From Octopus sinensis (lineage: Eukaryota): DNA of 64,000 nucleotides. Position 1 is the first letter of the stretch. Each line of letters opens with the position of its first letter. The notes beneath the pieces were generated by a model. It saw only the letters and a program-made list of their open reading frames with translations, was not told where the DNA came from and searched no databases. Both the position numbers and the translations under genes were made by a program. Shown here in pieces: positions 12,645 through 27,800 of the stretch. The stretch is taken from positions 25,854,001 to 25,918,000 of the forward strand of contig NC_043015.1 of the NCBI RefSeq assembly GCF_006345805.1, written 5' to 3'.

Positions 12645-13672
12645 GAATGCACGCAAACACACAAGCACGAATGCATGTACACACACATACGCACATAGAA
12701 ATAATAGTATAAATTATGGATTTGGAATGCCATGCGTTTATTCTTCATTCGGAATTGGTTCTCAGTTTAATGGGGAATCACTCATAGCGTAGTGTAATAT
12801 GATGCGTCCGTGTTATCTGATGAGTCTACTTTCTTTCTTTGCGTTAGACTTCCGTTGTATAATACTGAACATACACATTAATTCAAATGTGTACGCTCAA
12901 TTTTTGCCTACTGTATTTCATACTCTAGGAAGAAGGTTACGTCATGGCTGAATTCGTATGTAACTCGTAATTAATATTTTTCTCTACTCACGAATAAACA
13001 TCAACAGCAGTGTGTATGCGTTTACTAAAGCACCTTTATGTTTTGCCCCAAATTGCACGACAGTATCGATTTGGACACAAGTGAAAATGGTATAAAAATT
13101 AGAAAGCTCTATCTCTTTTTAATATTTTTTCTTTAGGTACTTGTGCCGAATGTTTGGTATAAATTCTACGTTTAATCGGACGAGTTGTTTAGCTTGTAAC
13201 AAGATAAAAACAAAACTAAAGATACAAACATAAACATAAACATAAGAAATTCTTTCAGACTGATTATCAAACACAATATAACTAAAACTAGTCTCGTAGG
13301 AACATTACTAACAGAAGCAAATCAAACCATTCTTCATTTGATATAACGAGAATATTTGTTAAACGATATTGATTAACTGATTCTTAAACTACAGTTTGTT
13401 CGCTGAGTGAAATTCTATATGTTCAATGTAAAAGTAGTCTTTCGATAGATAGAATGGAATGAGAAAGAGAATAGGTTTCTGGTTTGTGAAGCCATTTTTT
13501 AACGTTTCATCAATTTTCAAGATTTTTTGTTTATATATACATATATATTACATTTTTGCTTTATACTTATTTTTTCTCTGCATACGTTTTGCTTAATACA
13601 AACGTTAATAGTTATTTGTGTAACAGAAATAACTTAAAAGCATTTTCTCCAAAATCACTAGGTGTATATGTG

Positions 13673-13703
<31 letters not shown>

Positions 13704-13705
13704 GA

Positions 13706-13800
<95 letters not shown>

Positions 13801-14379
13801 AATATATATATATATACATATACGCGCACATATATATGTGCATTTATGTGTTTATCTATCATTACATCTATTTATTTAAATGTATATATATGAGTGTGTG
13901 TGTGTAAAATCTTATAAAAATTACATATATAAATATATGTTACCTATATACATACATTCATTTCATACATATAACACATTATTCTGTTTTATGTTCAGAT
14001 ACCAAACAGTCGTTTAAGTATTTCATACTATGTTGTATTATATTAATGAAAGAGTGTAATTATCATGGTTTTGTAAAGACTATTTGAAATCATTTTTTTT
14101 TCGATTGCAAACACTGATGAAGGATATCGCTCTTACCTTGGAAAGCACTGATTTTGTTTCTCTTTCCTCGACGTAAATAAATGTCACCAAAGCACTGGAG
14201 CTGAGTTCATCTTTTGTCCTCTCCGTAATTTGACAGACGTTTTGGTTTTATTTAGTTTTATTTCTTCTAGTTGTTCGCGTTGCGAGTTCAATGCCCCACC
14301 CCAACAATAGCAAATAAACAATCACTAGTCAGTCAATGGGTTTAATCGGTTTGGTTAACCTCGACACCAAGGTTTCGGG

Positions 14380-14560
14380 CTTCTGGCTATGTTAGTGGCG
14401 ATTGAAGGCTAAGGGTTCGCAAATTAATTAAAGCATAGCAAATATCTATTGCCCTGTTTATTTATTCTCATTATGTTCAGAGTTTAAATCCCGCAGAAGA
14501 CCACTCACTCCCGTATTCTTTATGAGTCGTTAAAATAAAATACCTGTCAAGTACACGTTT
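14380..14560 (+). mobile_element. Degenerate SINE remnant
   Basis: TATGTTCAGAGTTTAAATCCCGC..GTCGTTAAAATAAAATACC resembles the SINE copies at 58553-59030. Confidence 0.35.
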
Positions 14561-15442
14561 AAATATAATTTTCTACAATTTGGTATTGCCCCCTAATTTG
14601 GCTTAACAAAGGGAAAAATTAGTTTCGAGCTTTATTTTGGCTGAAACTAAAGTTTCTTTTTGCGTCAGTGGCAGTAATTCATTTTATGCCCCGATTACAA
14701 AACCATAACAGAAACTGGACAAAGATTTGACACACAGAAAACATCTGAAAATAGAAGCAGAGTAGTGATTAAAACGCAGAGTAAATAAAACGCAAAATGG
14801 TAATTCTTAAAGGAAACTTATGCAAGCATTTTCTCTGCAATGTGTAGAAATCATGTTCACAACAACAACAACGAAAGTATCCCCTTCTAGCAAAATCCTC
14901 CTTCGCAGTTATGAAGATTGGGAACAAACAGATGGCAATGCGGAGACTTAAAGTTTCTAAAAGAAGAAAGGTCTTTAAAATGTTGTATCTTCACCTCCAT
15001 TGAAGCAAAACTTCACACCTTTGAGGAAGAACGCTCTTCTTTTGAAGGGAGGACCAAAATCAATTAAAGTTGACCTAAACCCTAAACGGGATGAAGTTCA
15101 AAAGCTTTTGAAACAAGAACCCTTTAAGAATCTAGTATAATACCAAACCGAAGTGCAAATCGTGTGTAATAACAATAACAATGCTGCGGACAATTATATG
15201 GACATTATGATTACGAATACTAATAATATAAATAATACAATTCGTGACAGTGACTACGCCAACGTTGGCATCAATGGTGATTAACGCAAAAGAACAAAAC
15301 CAGGCATACGTAAAGAAAAATGTTTTTCCAGCGTAGCTGTGAACTAGAAGCCGTTCCCACCGAGCTGAGAAGAAAGTTCCACGAAGTGCGTCATGAAATA
15401 TATGTATATATATATATATTATATATATAATATATATATAAT

Positions 15443-15478
<36 letters not shown>

Positions 15479-15617
15479 GGGGTAGAATTCACAAAAAGAA
15501 AAAAACAAAAGACGAAGACAGGTGGTGTAGACAACAAACAGATGTATTAACAACGCTCGGGAAGTGAAAAAGTGCTCAGTGCCCCTCCCTGTATGTATAT
15601 ATATATATATATATATA

Positions 15618-15668
<51 letters not shown>

Positions 15669-15885
15669 GTATGTATACATTATGGGGCACAGCGACGAAA
15701 CTAATGCTGAACTATTGTGACGGACTCTTGATTCTTCAATTAACTGTCGTAAGAAAACCACTGACCGAATGGTACCTGTCTTACATATATCCCTTCACCT
15801 GGGTCTGAGTAATAGCTATTTCAAAATTTCCACCCTTTCTGCCCCACCCACGATGTATGTATGTATATATATACCTACATATATA

Positions 15886-18800
15886 TACTGACAGCTTGCT
15901 GTCGTGTTTAAATGATCTTATCACTGACAACCTGTTGGTTTTTAGCTCCATCGTCCCTTAATTCCGACCGACCTGTTCGCTGGCAGTCCTGGCCATTTTT
16001 ATTTTTTATTCTGCCACACGATGACCGAGACGCAAAGCTAAGAACATTTTTCTCTTTCTTCTCCCTCTTTTTTCTACTCCAAATATCCGAAACGTTTTCA
16101 GTACTGACAGCTTGCTGTCGTGTTTAAATGATCTCATCACTGACAACCTGTTGGCTTTTAGCTTCATCGTCCCTTAATTCCGACCGACCTGTTCGCTGGC
16201 AGTCCTGGCCATTTTTATTTTTTATTCTGCCACACGATGACCGAGACGCAAAGCTAAGAATATTTATCTCTTTCTTCTCCCTCTTTATTCCACTCCAAAT
16301 ATGCGAAACGTTTTCTGTACTGACAGCTTGCTGTCGTGTTTAAATGATCTCGTCACTGACAACCTGTTGGTTTTTAGCTCCATCGTCCCTTAATTCCGAC
16401 CGACCTGTTCGCTGGCAGTCCTGGCCATTTTTATTTTTTATTCTGCCACACGATGACCGAGACGCAAAGCTAAGAATATTTTTCTCTTTCTTCTCCCTCT
16501 TTTTTCCACTCCAAATATCCTAAACGTTTTCAGTACTGACAGCTTGCTGTCGTGTTTAAATGATCTCATCACTGACAACCTGTTGTTTTTAGATCCATCG
16601 TCCCTTAATTCCGACCGACCAGTTCGCTGGCAGTCCTGGCCATTTTTATCTTTTTATTCTGCCACACGATGACCGAGACGCAAAGCTAAGAACATTTTTC
16701 TCTTTCTTCTCCCTCTTTTTTCCACTCCAAATATCCTAAACGTTTTCAGTACTGACAGCTTGCTGTCGTGTTTAAATGATCTCATCGCTGACAACCTGTT
16801 GGTTTTTAGCTCCATCGTCCCTTAATTCCGACCGACCTGTTCGCTGGCAGTCCTGGCCATTTTTGATTTTTTATTCTACCACACGATGACCGAGACGCAA
16901 AGCTAAGAACATTTTTCTGTTTCTTCTCCCTCTTTTTTCCACTCCAAATATCTTAAATGTTTTCAGTACTGACAGCTTGCTGTCGTGTTTACATGATCTC
17001 ATCCCTGACAACCTGTTGGTTTTTAGCTCCATCGTCCCTTAATTCCGACCAACCTGTTCGCTGTTCTCACTCTTTTTTCCACTCCAAATATCCTAAACGT
17101 CTTCAGTACTGACAGCTTGCTGTCGTGTTTAAATGATCTCATCGTTAACAACCTGTTGGTTTTTAGCTCCATCGTCCCTAATTCCGACCGACCTGTTCGC
17201 TGGCAATCCTGGCCATTTTTATTTTTTATTCTGCCACACGATGACCGAGACGCAAAGCTAAAAATATTTTTTTTTCTTTCTTCTCCCTCTTTTTTCCACT
17301 CCAAATATCCTAAACGTTTTCAGTACTGACAGCTTGCTGTCATGTTTACATGATCTCATCGGACAACCTGTTGGTTTTTAGCTCCATCGTCCCTTAATTC
17401 CGACCGACCTGTTCGCTGGCAGTACTGGCCATTTTTATTTTTTATTCTGCCACACGATGACCGAGACGCAAAGCTAAGAACATTTTTCTCTTTCCTCTCC
17501 CTCTTTTTTCCACTCCAAATATCCTAATCGTCTTCAGTACTGACAGCTTGCTGTCGTGTTTAAATGATCTCATCACTGACAACCTGTTGGCTTTTAGCTT
17601 CATCGTCCCTTAATTCCGACCGACCTGTTCGCTGGCAGTCCTGGCCATTTTTATTTTTTATTCTGCCACACGATGACCGAGACTCAAAGCTAAGAACATT
17701 TTTCTCTTTCTTCTCCCTCTTTTTTCTACTCCAAATATCCGAAACGTTTTCAGTACTGACAGCTTGCTGTCGTGTTTAAATGATCTCATCACTGACAACC
17801 TGTTGGCTTTTAGCTTCATCGTCCCTTAATTCCGACCGACCTGTTCGCTGGCAGTCCTGGCCATTTTTATTTTTTATTCTGCCACACGATGACCGAGACG
17901 CAAAGCTAAGAATATTTTTCTCTTTCTTCTCCCTCTTTATTCCACTCCAAATATCCGAAAAGTTTTCAGTACTGACAGCTTGCTGTCGTGTTTAAATGAT
18001 CTCATCTCTGACAACCTGTTGGTTTTTAGCTCCATCGTCCCTTAATTCCGACCGACCTGTTCGCTGGCAGTCCTGGCCATTTTTATTTTTTATTCTGCCA
18101 CACGATGACCGAGACGCAAAGCTAAGAATATTTTTCTCTTTCTTCTCCCTCTTTTTTCCACTCCAAATATCCTAAACGTTTTCAGTACTGACAGCTTGCT
18201 GTCGTGTTTAAATGATCTCATCACTGACAACCTGTTGGTTTTTAGATCCATCGTCCCTTAATTCCGACCGACCAGTTCGCTGGCAGTCCTGGCCATTTTT
18301 ATCTTTTTATTCTGCCACACGATGACCGAGACGCAAAGCTAAGAACATTTTTCTCTTTCTTCTCCCTCTTTTTTCCACTCCAAATATCCTAAACGTTTTC
18401 AGTACTGACAGCTTGCTGTCGTGTTTAAATGATCTCATCGCTGACAACCTGTTGGTTTTTAGCTCCATCGTCCCTTAATTCCGACCGACCTGTTCGCTGG
18501 CAGTCCTGGCCATTTTTGATTTTTTATTCTACCACACGATGACCGAGACGCAAAGCTAAGAACATTTTTCTGTTTCTTCTCCCTCTTTTTTCCACTCCAA
18601 ATATCTTAAATGTTTTCAGTACTGACAGCTTGCTGTCGTGTTTACATGATCTCATCCCTGACAACCTGTTGGTTTTTAGCTCCATCGTCCCTTAATTCCG
18701 ACCAACCTGTTCGCTGTTCTCACTCTTTTTTCCACTCCAAATATCCTAAACGTCTTCAGTACTGACAGCTTGCTGTCGTGTTTAAATGATCTCATCGTTA

Positions 18801-21800
18801 ACAACCTGTTGGTTTTTAGCTCCATCGTCCCTTAATTCCGACCGACCTGTTCGCTGGCAATCCTGGCCATTTTTATTTTTTATTCTGCCACACGATGACC
18901 GAGACGCAAAGCTAAAAATATTTTTCTCTTTCTTCTCCCTCTTTTTTCCACTCCAAATATCCTAAACGTTTTCAGTACTGACAGCTTGCTGTCATGTTTA
19001 CATGATCTCATCGCTGACAACCTGTTGGTTTTTAGCTCCATCGTCCCTTAATTCCGACCGACCTGTTCGCTGGCAGTCCTGGCCATTTTTATTTTTTATT
19101 CTGCCACACGATGACCGAGACGCAAGCTAAGAACATTTTTCTCTTTCTCTCCCTCTTTTTTCCACTCCAAATATCCTAATCGTCTTCAGTACTGACAGCT
19201 TGCTGTCGTGTTTAAATGATCTCATCACTGACAACCTGTTGGTTTTTAGCTCCATCGTCCCTTAATTCCGACCGACCTGTTCGCTGGCAGTCCTGGCCAT
19301 TTTTATTTTTTATTCTGCCACACGATGACCGAGACTCAAAGCTAAGAACATTTTTCTCTTTCTTCTCCCTCTTTTTTCCACTCCAAATATTCTAAACGTC
19401 TTCAGTACTGACAGCTTGCTGTCGTGTTTAAATGATCTCATCACTGACAACCTGTTGGTTTTTAGCTCCATCGTCCCTTAATTCCGACCGACCTGTTCGC
19501 TGGCAATCCTGGCCATTTTTATTTTTTATTCTGCCACACGATGACCGAGACGCAAAGCTAAGAATATTTTTCTCTTTCTTCTCCCTTTTTTTCCACTCCA
19601 AATATCCTAAACGTCTTCAATACTGACAGCTTGCTGTCGTGTTTAAATGATCTCATCGCTGACAACCTGTTGGTTTTTAGCTCCATCGTCCCTTTATTCC
19701 GACCGACCTGTTCGCTGGCAGTCCTGGCCATTATCATTTTTTATTCTGCTACACGATGACCGAGACGCAAAGCTAAGAACATTTTACTCTTTCTTCTCCC
19801 TCTTTATTCCACTCCAAATCTCCGAAACGTTTTCAGTACTGACAGCTTGCTGTCGTGTTTAAATGATCTCATCGCTGACAACCTGTTGGTTTTTAGCTCC
19901 ATCGTCCCTTAATTCCGACCGACCTGTTCGTTGGCAATCCTGGCCATTTTTATATTTTATTCTGCCACACGATGACCGAGACGCAAAGCTAAGAACATTT
20001 TTCTCTTTCTTCTCCCTCTTTTTTCCACTCCAAATATCCGAAACGTTTACAGTACTGACAGCTTGCTGTCGTGTTTAAATGATCTCATCGCTGACAACCT
20101 GTTGGTTTTTAGCTCCATCGTCCCTTAATTCCGACCGACCTGTTCGCTGGCAGTCCTGGCCATTTTTATTTTTTATTCTGCCACACGATGACCGAGACGC
20201 AAAGCTAAGAACATTTTTCTCTTTCTTCTCCCTCTTTTTTCAACTCCAAATATCCTAAACGTCTTCAGTACTGACAGCTTGCTGTCGTGTTTAAATGATC
20301 TCATCACTGACAACCTGTTGGTTTTTAGCTCCATCGTCCCTAAATTCCGACCGACCAGTTCGCTGGCAATCCTGGCCATTTTTATTTTTTATTCTGCCAC
20401 ACGATGACCGAGACGCAAAGCTAAAAATATTTTTCTCTTTCTTCTCCCTCTTTTTCCACTCCAAATATCCTAAACGTCTACAGTACTGAGAGCTTGCTGT
20501 CGTGTTTAAATGATCTCATCGCTGAGAACCTGTTGGTTTTTAGCTCCATCGACCCTTAATTCCGACCGACCTGTTCGCTGGCAGTCCTGGCCATTTTTAT
20601 TTTTTATTATGCCACACGATGACCGAGACGCAAAGCTAAGAACATTTTTCTCTTTCTTCTTCCTCTTTTTTCCACTCCAAATATACTAAACGTTTTCAAT
20701 ACTGACAGCTTGCTGTCCTGTTTAAATGATCTCATCGCTGACAACCTGTTGGTTTTTAGCTCCATCGTCCCTTAATTCCGACCGACCTGTTCGCTGGCAG
20801 TCCTGGCCATTTTTATTTTTTATTCTGGCACACGATGACCGAGACGCAAAGCTAAGAAAATTTTTCTCTTTCCTCTCCCTCTTTTTTCGACTCCAAATAT
20901 CCTAAACGACTTCAGTACTGACAGCTTGCTGTCGTGTTTAAATGATCTCATCACTGACAACCTGTTGGTTTTTAGCTCCATCGTCCCTTAATTCCAACCG
21001 ACCTGTTCGCTGGCAATCCTGGCCATTTTTATTTTTTATTCTGCCACACGATGACCGAGACGCAAAGCTAAGAACATTTTTCTCTTTCTTCTACCTCTTT
21101 TTTCCACTCCAAATATCCTAAACGTCTTCAGTATTGACAGCTTGCTGTCGTGTTTAAATGATCTCATCACTGACAACCTGTTGGTTTTTAGCTCCATCGA
21201 CCCTTAATTCCGACCGACCTGTTCGCTGGCAATCCTGGCCATTTTTATTTTTTATTCTGCCACACGATGACCGAGACGCAAAGCTAAGAATATTTTTCTC
21301 TTTCTTCTCCCTCTTTTTTCCACTCGAAATATCCTAAACGTCTTCAGTACTGACAGCTTGCTGTCGTGTTTAAATGATCTCATCGCTGACAACCTGTTGG
21401 TGTTTAGCTCCATCGTCTCTTAATTCCGACCGACCTGTTCGCTGGCAGTCCTGGCCATTTTTATTTTTTATTCTGCCACACGATGACCGAGACGCAAAGC
21501 TAAGAACATTTTTCTCTTTCTTCTCCCTCTTTTTTCCACTCCAAATATCCTAAACGTCTTCAGTACTGACAGCTTGCTGTCGTGTTTAAATGATCTCATC
21601 ACTGACAACCTGTTGGTTTTTAGCTCCATCGTCCCTAAACTCCGACCGACCTGTTCGCTGGCAATCCTGGCCATTTTTATTTTTTATTCTGCCACACGAT
21701 GACCGAGACGCAAAGCTAAGAATATTTTTCTCTTTCTTCTCCCTCTTTTTCCACTCCAAATATCCTAAACGTCTTCAGTACTGAGAGCTTGCTGTCGTGT

Positions 21801-24800
21801 TTAAATGATCTCATCGCTGACAACCTGTTGGTTTTTAGCTCCATCGTCCCTTAATTCCGACCGACCTGTTCGTTGGCAATCCTGGCCATTTTATATTTAT
21901 TCTGCCACACGATGACCGAGACGCAAAGCTAAGAACATTTTTCTCTTTCTTCTCCTTTTTTCCACTCCAAATATCCGAAACGTTTACAGTACTGACAGCT
22001 TGCTGTCGTGTTTAAATGATCTCCGCTGACAAACTGTTGGTTTTTAGCTCCATCGTCCCTTAATTCCGACCGACCTGTTCGCTGGCAGTCCTGGCCATTT
22101 TTATTTTTTACTTGCCACACGATGACCGAGACGCAAAGCTAAGAACATTTTTCTCTTTCTTCTCCCTCTTTTTTCAACTCCAAATATCCTAAACGTCTTC
22201 AGTACTGACAGCTTGCTGTCGTGTTTAAATGATCTCATCACTGACAACCTGTTGGTTTTTAGCTCCATCGTCCCTAAATTCCGACCGCCAGTTCGCTGGC
22301 AATCCTGGCCATTTTTATTTTTATTCTGCCACACGATGACCGAGACGCAAAGCTAAAAATATTTTTCTCTTTCTTCTCCCTCTTTTTCCACTCCAAATAT
22401 CCTAAACGTCTACAGTACTGAGAGCTTGCTGTCGTGTTTAAATGATCTCATCGCTGAGAACCTGTTGGTTTTTAGCTCCATCGACCCTTAATTCCGACCG
22501 ACCTGTTCGCTGGCAGTCCTGGCCATTTTTATTTTTTATTATGCCACACGATGACCGAGACGCAAAGCTAAGAACATTTTTCTCTTTCTTCTTCCTCTTT
22601 TTTCCACTCCAAATATACTAAACGTTTTCAATACTGACAGCTTGCTGTCCTGTTTAAATGATCTCATCGCTGACAACCTGTTGGTTTTTAGCTCCATCGT
22701 CCCTTAATTCCGACCGACCTGTTCGCGGCAGTCCTGGCCATTTTTATTTTTTATTCTGGCACACGATGACCGAGACGCAAAGCTAAGAAAATTTTTCTCT
22801 TTCCTCTCCCTCTTTTTTCGACTCCAAATATCCTAAACGACGCTTCAGTACTGACAGCTTGCTGTCGTGTTTAAATGATCTCATCACTGACAACCTGTTG
22901 GTTTTAGCTCCATCGTCCCTTAATTCCAAACGACCTGTTCGCTGGCAATCCTGGCCATTTTTTTATTTTTATTCTCCACACGATTGACCGAGACGCAAAG
23001 CTAAGAACATTTTTTTTCTTTCTTCTACCTCTTTTTTCCACTCCAAATATCCTAAAGTCTTCAGTATTGACAGCTTGCTGTGTGTTAAATGATCTCATCA
23101 CTGACAACCTGTTGGTTTTTAGCTCCATCGACCCTTAATTCCGACCGACCTGTTCGCTGGCAATCCTGGCCATTTTTATTTTTTATTCTGCCACACGATG
23201 ACCGAGACCAAAGCTAAGAATATTTTTCTCTTTCTTCTCCTCTTTTTTCCACTCGAAATATCCTAAACGTCTTCAGTACTGACAGCTTGCTCGTGTTTAA
23301 ATGAGCTCATCGCTGACAACTGTGGTGTTTAGCTCCATCGTCTCTTAATTCCGAACGACCTGTTCGCTGGCAGTCCTGGCCATTTTTATTTTTATTCTGC
23401 CACACGATGACCGAGACGCAAAGCTAAGAACATTTTTCTCTTTCTTCTCCCTCTTTTTTAACTCCAAAATATCCTAAACGTCTTCAGTACTGACAGCTTG
23501 CTGTCGTGTTTAAATGATCTCATCACTGACAACCTGTTGGTTTTTAGCTCCATCGTCCCTAAACTCCGACCGACCTGTTCGCTGGCAATCCTGGCCATTT
23601 TTATTTTTTATTCTGCCACACGATGACCGAGACGCAAAGCTAAGAATATTTTTCTCTTTCTTCTCCCTCTTTTTCCACTCCAAATATCCTAAACGTCTTC
23701 AGTACTGAGAGCTTGCTGTCGTGTTTAAATGATCTCATCGCTGACAACCTGTTGGTTTTTAGCTCCATCGTCCCTTAATTCCAACCGACCTGTTCGCTGG
23801 CAATCCTGGCCATTTTTATTTTTTATTCTGCCACACGATGACCGAGACGCAAAGCTAAGAACATTTTTCTCTTTCTTCTACCTCTTTTTTCCACTCCAAA
23901 TATCCTAAACGTCTTCAGTATTGACAGCTTGCTGTCGTGTTTAAATGATCTCATCACTGACAACCTGTTGGTTTTTAGCTCCATCGTCCCTTAATTCCGA
24001 CCGACCTGTTCGCTGGCAATCCTGGCCATTTTTATTTTTTATTCTGCCACACGATGACCGAGACGCAAAGCTAAGAATATTTTTCTCTTTCTTCTCCCTC
24101 TTTTTTCCACTCCAAATATCCTAAACGTCTTCAGTACTGACAGCTTGCTGTCGTGTTTAAATGATCTCATCGCTGACAACCTGTTGGTTTTTAGCTCCAT
24201 CGTCCCTTAATTCCGACCGACCTGTTCGCTGGCAATCCTGGCCATTTTTATTTTTTATTCTGCCACACGATGACAGAGACGCAAAGCTAAGAATATTTTT
24301 CTCTTTCTTCTCCCTCTTTTTTCCACTCCAAATATCCTAAACGTTTTCAGTACAGACAGCTTGATGTCGTGTTTACATGATCTCATCTCTGACAACCTGT
24401 TGGTTTTTAGCTCCATCGTCCCTTAATTCCGACCGACCTGTTCGCTGGCAGTCCTGGCCATTTTCATTTTTTATTCTGCTACACGATGACCGAGACGCAA
24501 AGCTAAGATATTTTTCTCTTTCTTCTCCCTCTTTTTTCCACTACAAATATCCTAAAGGTTTCCAGTACTGACAGCTTGCTGTCGAGTTTAAATGATCTCA
24601 TCGCTGACAACCTGTTGGTTTTTAGCTCCATCGTCCCTTAATTCCGACCGACCTGTTCGCTGGAAATCCTGGCCATTTTTATTTTTTATTCTGCCACACG
24701 ATGACCGAGACGCAAAGCTAAGAATATTTTTCTCTTTCTTCTCCCTCTTTTTTCCTCTCCAAATATCCTAAACGTTTTCAGTACTGACAGCTTGCTGTCG

Positions 24801-27800
24801 TGTTTAAATGATCTCATCACTGACAACCTGTTGGTTTTTAGCTCCATCGTCCCTTAATTCCGACCGACCTGTTCGCTGGCAGTCCTGGCCATTTTTATTT
24901 TTTATTCTGCCACACGATGACCGAGACGCAAAGCTAAGAACATTTTTCTCTTTCTTCTCCCTCTTTTTTCCACTCCAAATATCCTAACCGTCTTCAGTAC
25001 TGACAGCTTGCTCTCGTGTTTAAATGATCTCATCACTGACAACCTGTTGGTTTTTAGCTCCGTCGTCCCTTCATTCCGACCGACCTGTTCGCTGACAATC
25101 CTGGCCATTTTTATTTTTTATTCTGCCACACGATGACCGAGACGCAAAGCTAAGAACATTTTTCTCTTTCCTGTACCTCTTCTTTCCACTCCAAATATCC
25201 TAAACGTCTTCAGTACTGACAGCTTGCTGTCGTGTTTAAATGATCTCATCACTGACAACCTGTTGGTTTTTAGCGCCATCGTCCCTTAATTCAGACCGAC
25301 CGGTTCGCGGGCAATCCTGGCCATTTTTATTTTTTATTCTGCCACACGATGACCGAGTCGCAAAGCTAAGAACATTTTTCTCTTTCTTCTCCCTCTTTTT
25401 TCCACTCCAAATATCCTAAACGTCTTCAGTACTGACAGCTTGCTGTCGTGTTTAAATGACCTCATCGCCGACGACCTGTTTGTTTTTAGCTCCATCGTCC
25501 CTTAATTCCGACCGACCTGTTCGCTGGCAGTCCTGGCCATTTTTATTTTTTATTCTGCCACACGTTGACCGAGACGCAAAGCTAAGAACATTTTTCTCTT
25601 TCTTGTCCCTCTTTATTCCACTCCAAATATCCGAAACGTTTTCAGTACTGACAGCTTGCTATCGTGTTTAAATGATCTCATCACTAACAACCTGTTGGTT
25701 TTTAGCTCCATCGTCCCTTATTTCCGACCGACCTGTTCGCTGGCAGTCCTGGCCATTTTTATTTTTTATTCTGCCACACGATGACCGAGACGCAAAGCTA
25801 AGAACATTTTTCTCTTTCTTCTCACTCTTTTTTCAACTCCAAATATCCTAACTGTTTTCAGTACTGACAGCTTGCTGTCGAGTTTAAATGATCTCATCGC
25901 TGACAACCTGTTGGTTTTTAGCTCCATCGTCCCTTAATTCCGACCGACCTGTTCGCTGGAATCCTGCCATTTTTATTTTTTATTCTGCCAACGATGACCG
26001 ATACGCAAAGCTAAGAATATTTTCTCTTTCTTTCTTCCTCCTCTTTTTTCCACTCCAAATATCCTTACCGTCTTCAGTACTGACAGCTTGCTGTCGTGTT
26101 TAAATGACCTCATCGCCGACAACCTGTTGGTTTTTAGCTCCATCGTCCCTTAATTCCGACCGACCTGTTCACTGGCAGTCCTGGCCATTTTTATTTTTTA
26201 TTCTGCCACACGTTGACCGAGACGCAAAGCTAAGAACATTTTTCTCTTTCTGCCCCTCTTTTTTCCACTCCAAATATCCGAAACGTTTTCAGTACTGACA
26301 GCTTGCTGTCGTGTTTAAATGATCTCATCACTGACAACCTGTTGGTTTTTAGCTCCATCGTCCCTTAATTCCGACCGACCTGTTCGCTGGCAGTCCTGGC
26401 CATTTTATTTTTTATTCTGCCACACGATGACCGAGACGCAAAGCTAAGAACATTTTTCTCTTTCTTCTCCCTCTTTTTTCGCTCCAAATATCCTAAACGT
26501 TTTCAGTACTGACAGCTTGCTGTAGTGTTTAAATGATCTCATCACTGACAACCTGTTGGTTTTTAGCTCCATCGTCCCTTAATTCCGACCGACCAGGTCG
26601 CTGGCAGTCCTGGCCATTTTTATTTTTTATTCTGCCACACGATGACAGAGACGCAAAGCTAAGAATATTTTTCTCTTTCTTCTCCCTCTTTTTTCCACTC
26701 CAAATATCCTAAACGTTTTCAGTACAGACAGCTTGATGTCGTGTTTACATGATCTCATCTCTGACAACCTGTTGGTTTTTAGCTCCATCGTCCCTTAATT
26801 CCGACCGACCTGTTCGCTGGCAGTCCTGGCCATTTTCATTTTTTATTCTGCTACACGATTACCGAGACGCAAAGCTAAGAATATTTTTCTCTTTCTTCTC
26901 CCTCTTTTTTCCACTACAAATATCCTAAAGTTTTCCAGTACTGACAGCTTGCTGTCGAGTTTAAATGATCTCATCGCTGACAACCTGTTGGTTTTTAGCT
27001 CCATCGTCCCTTAATTCCGACCGACCTGTTCGCTGGAAATCCTGGCCATTTTATTTTTTATTCTGCCACACGATGACCGAGACGCAAAGCTAAGAATATT
27101 TTTCTCTTTCTTCTCCCTCTTTTTTCCTCTCCAAATATCCTAAACGTTTTCAGTACTGACAGCTTGCTGTCGTGTTTAAATGATCTCATCACTGACAACC
27201 TGTTGGTTTTTAGCTCCATCGTCCCTTAATTCCGACCGACCTGTTCGCTGGCAATCCTGGCCATTTTTATTTTTTATTCTGCCACACGATGACCGAGACG
27301 CAAAGCTAAGAACATTTTTCTCTTTCTTCTCCCTCTTTTTCCACTCCAAATATCCTAAACGTCTTCAGTACTGACAGCTTGCTGTCGTGTTTAAATGATC
27401 TCATCACTGACAACCTGTTGGTTTTTAGCTCCATCGTCCTTAATTCCGTCCGACCGACCTGTTCGCTGGCAGTCCTGGCCATTTTTATTTTTTATTCTGC
27501 CACACGATGACCGAGACGCAAAGCTAAGAACATTTTTCTCTTTCTTCTCCCTCTTTTTTCCACTCCAAATATCCTAAACGTCTTCAGTACTGACAGCTTG
27601 CTGTCGTGTTTAAATGATCTCATCACTGACAACCTGTTGGTTTTTAGCTCCATCGTCCCTTAATTCCGACCGACCTGTTCGCTGGCAATCCTGGCCATTT
27701 TTATTTTTTATTCTGCCACACGATGACCGAGACGCAAAGCTAAGAACATTTTTCTCTTTCTTCTCCCTCTTTTTCCACTCCAAATATCCTAAACGCTTCA

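Noticed and set aside
14900-15000. WQCGDLK..KCC resembling a transposase-like W.ICGDLK motif
   Set aside because: The match is too short and the expected intervening residues are missing.
15912-16343. 71-aa ORF exactly filling one 216-bp monomer (TAA directly followed by ATG), repeated through the array
   Set aside because: Most monomers carry an earlier stop (ATATCCTAA) or T-run frameshifts, there is no recognisable domain, and I see no sign of coding constraint.
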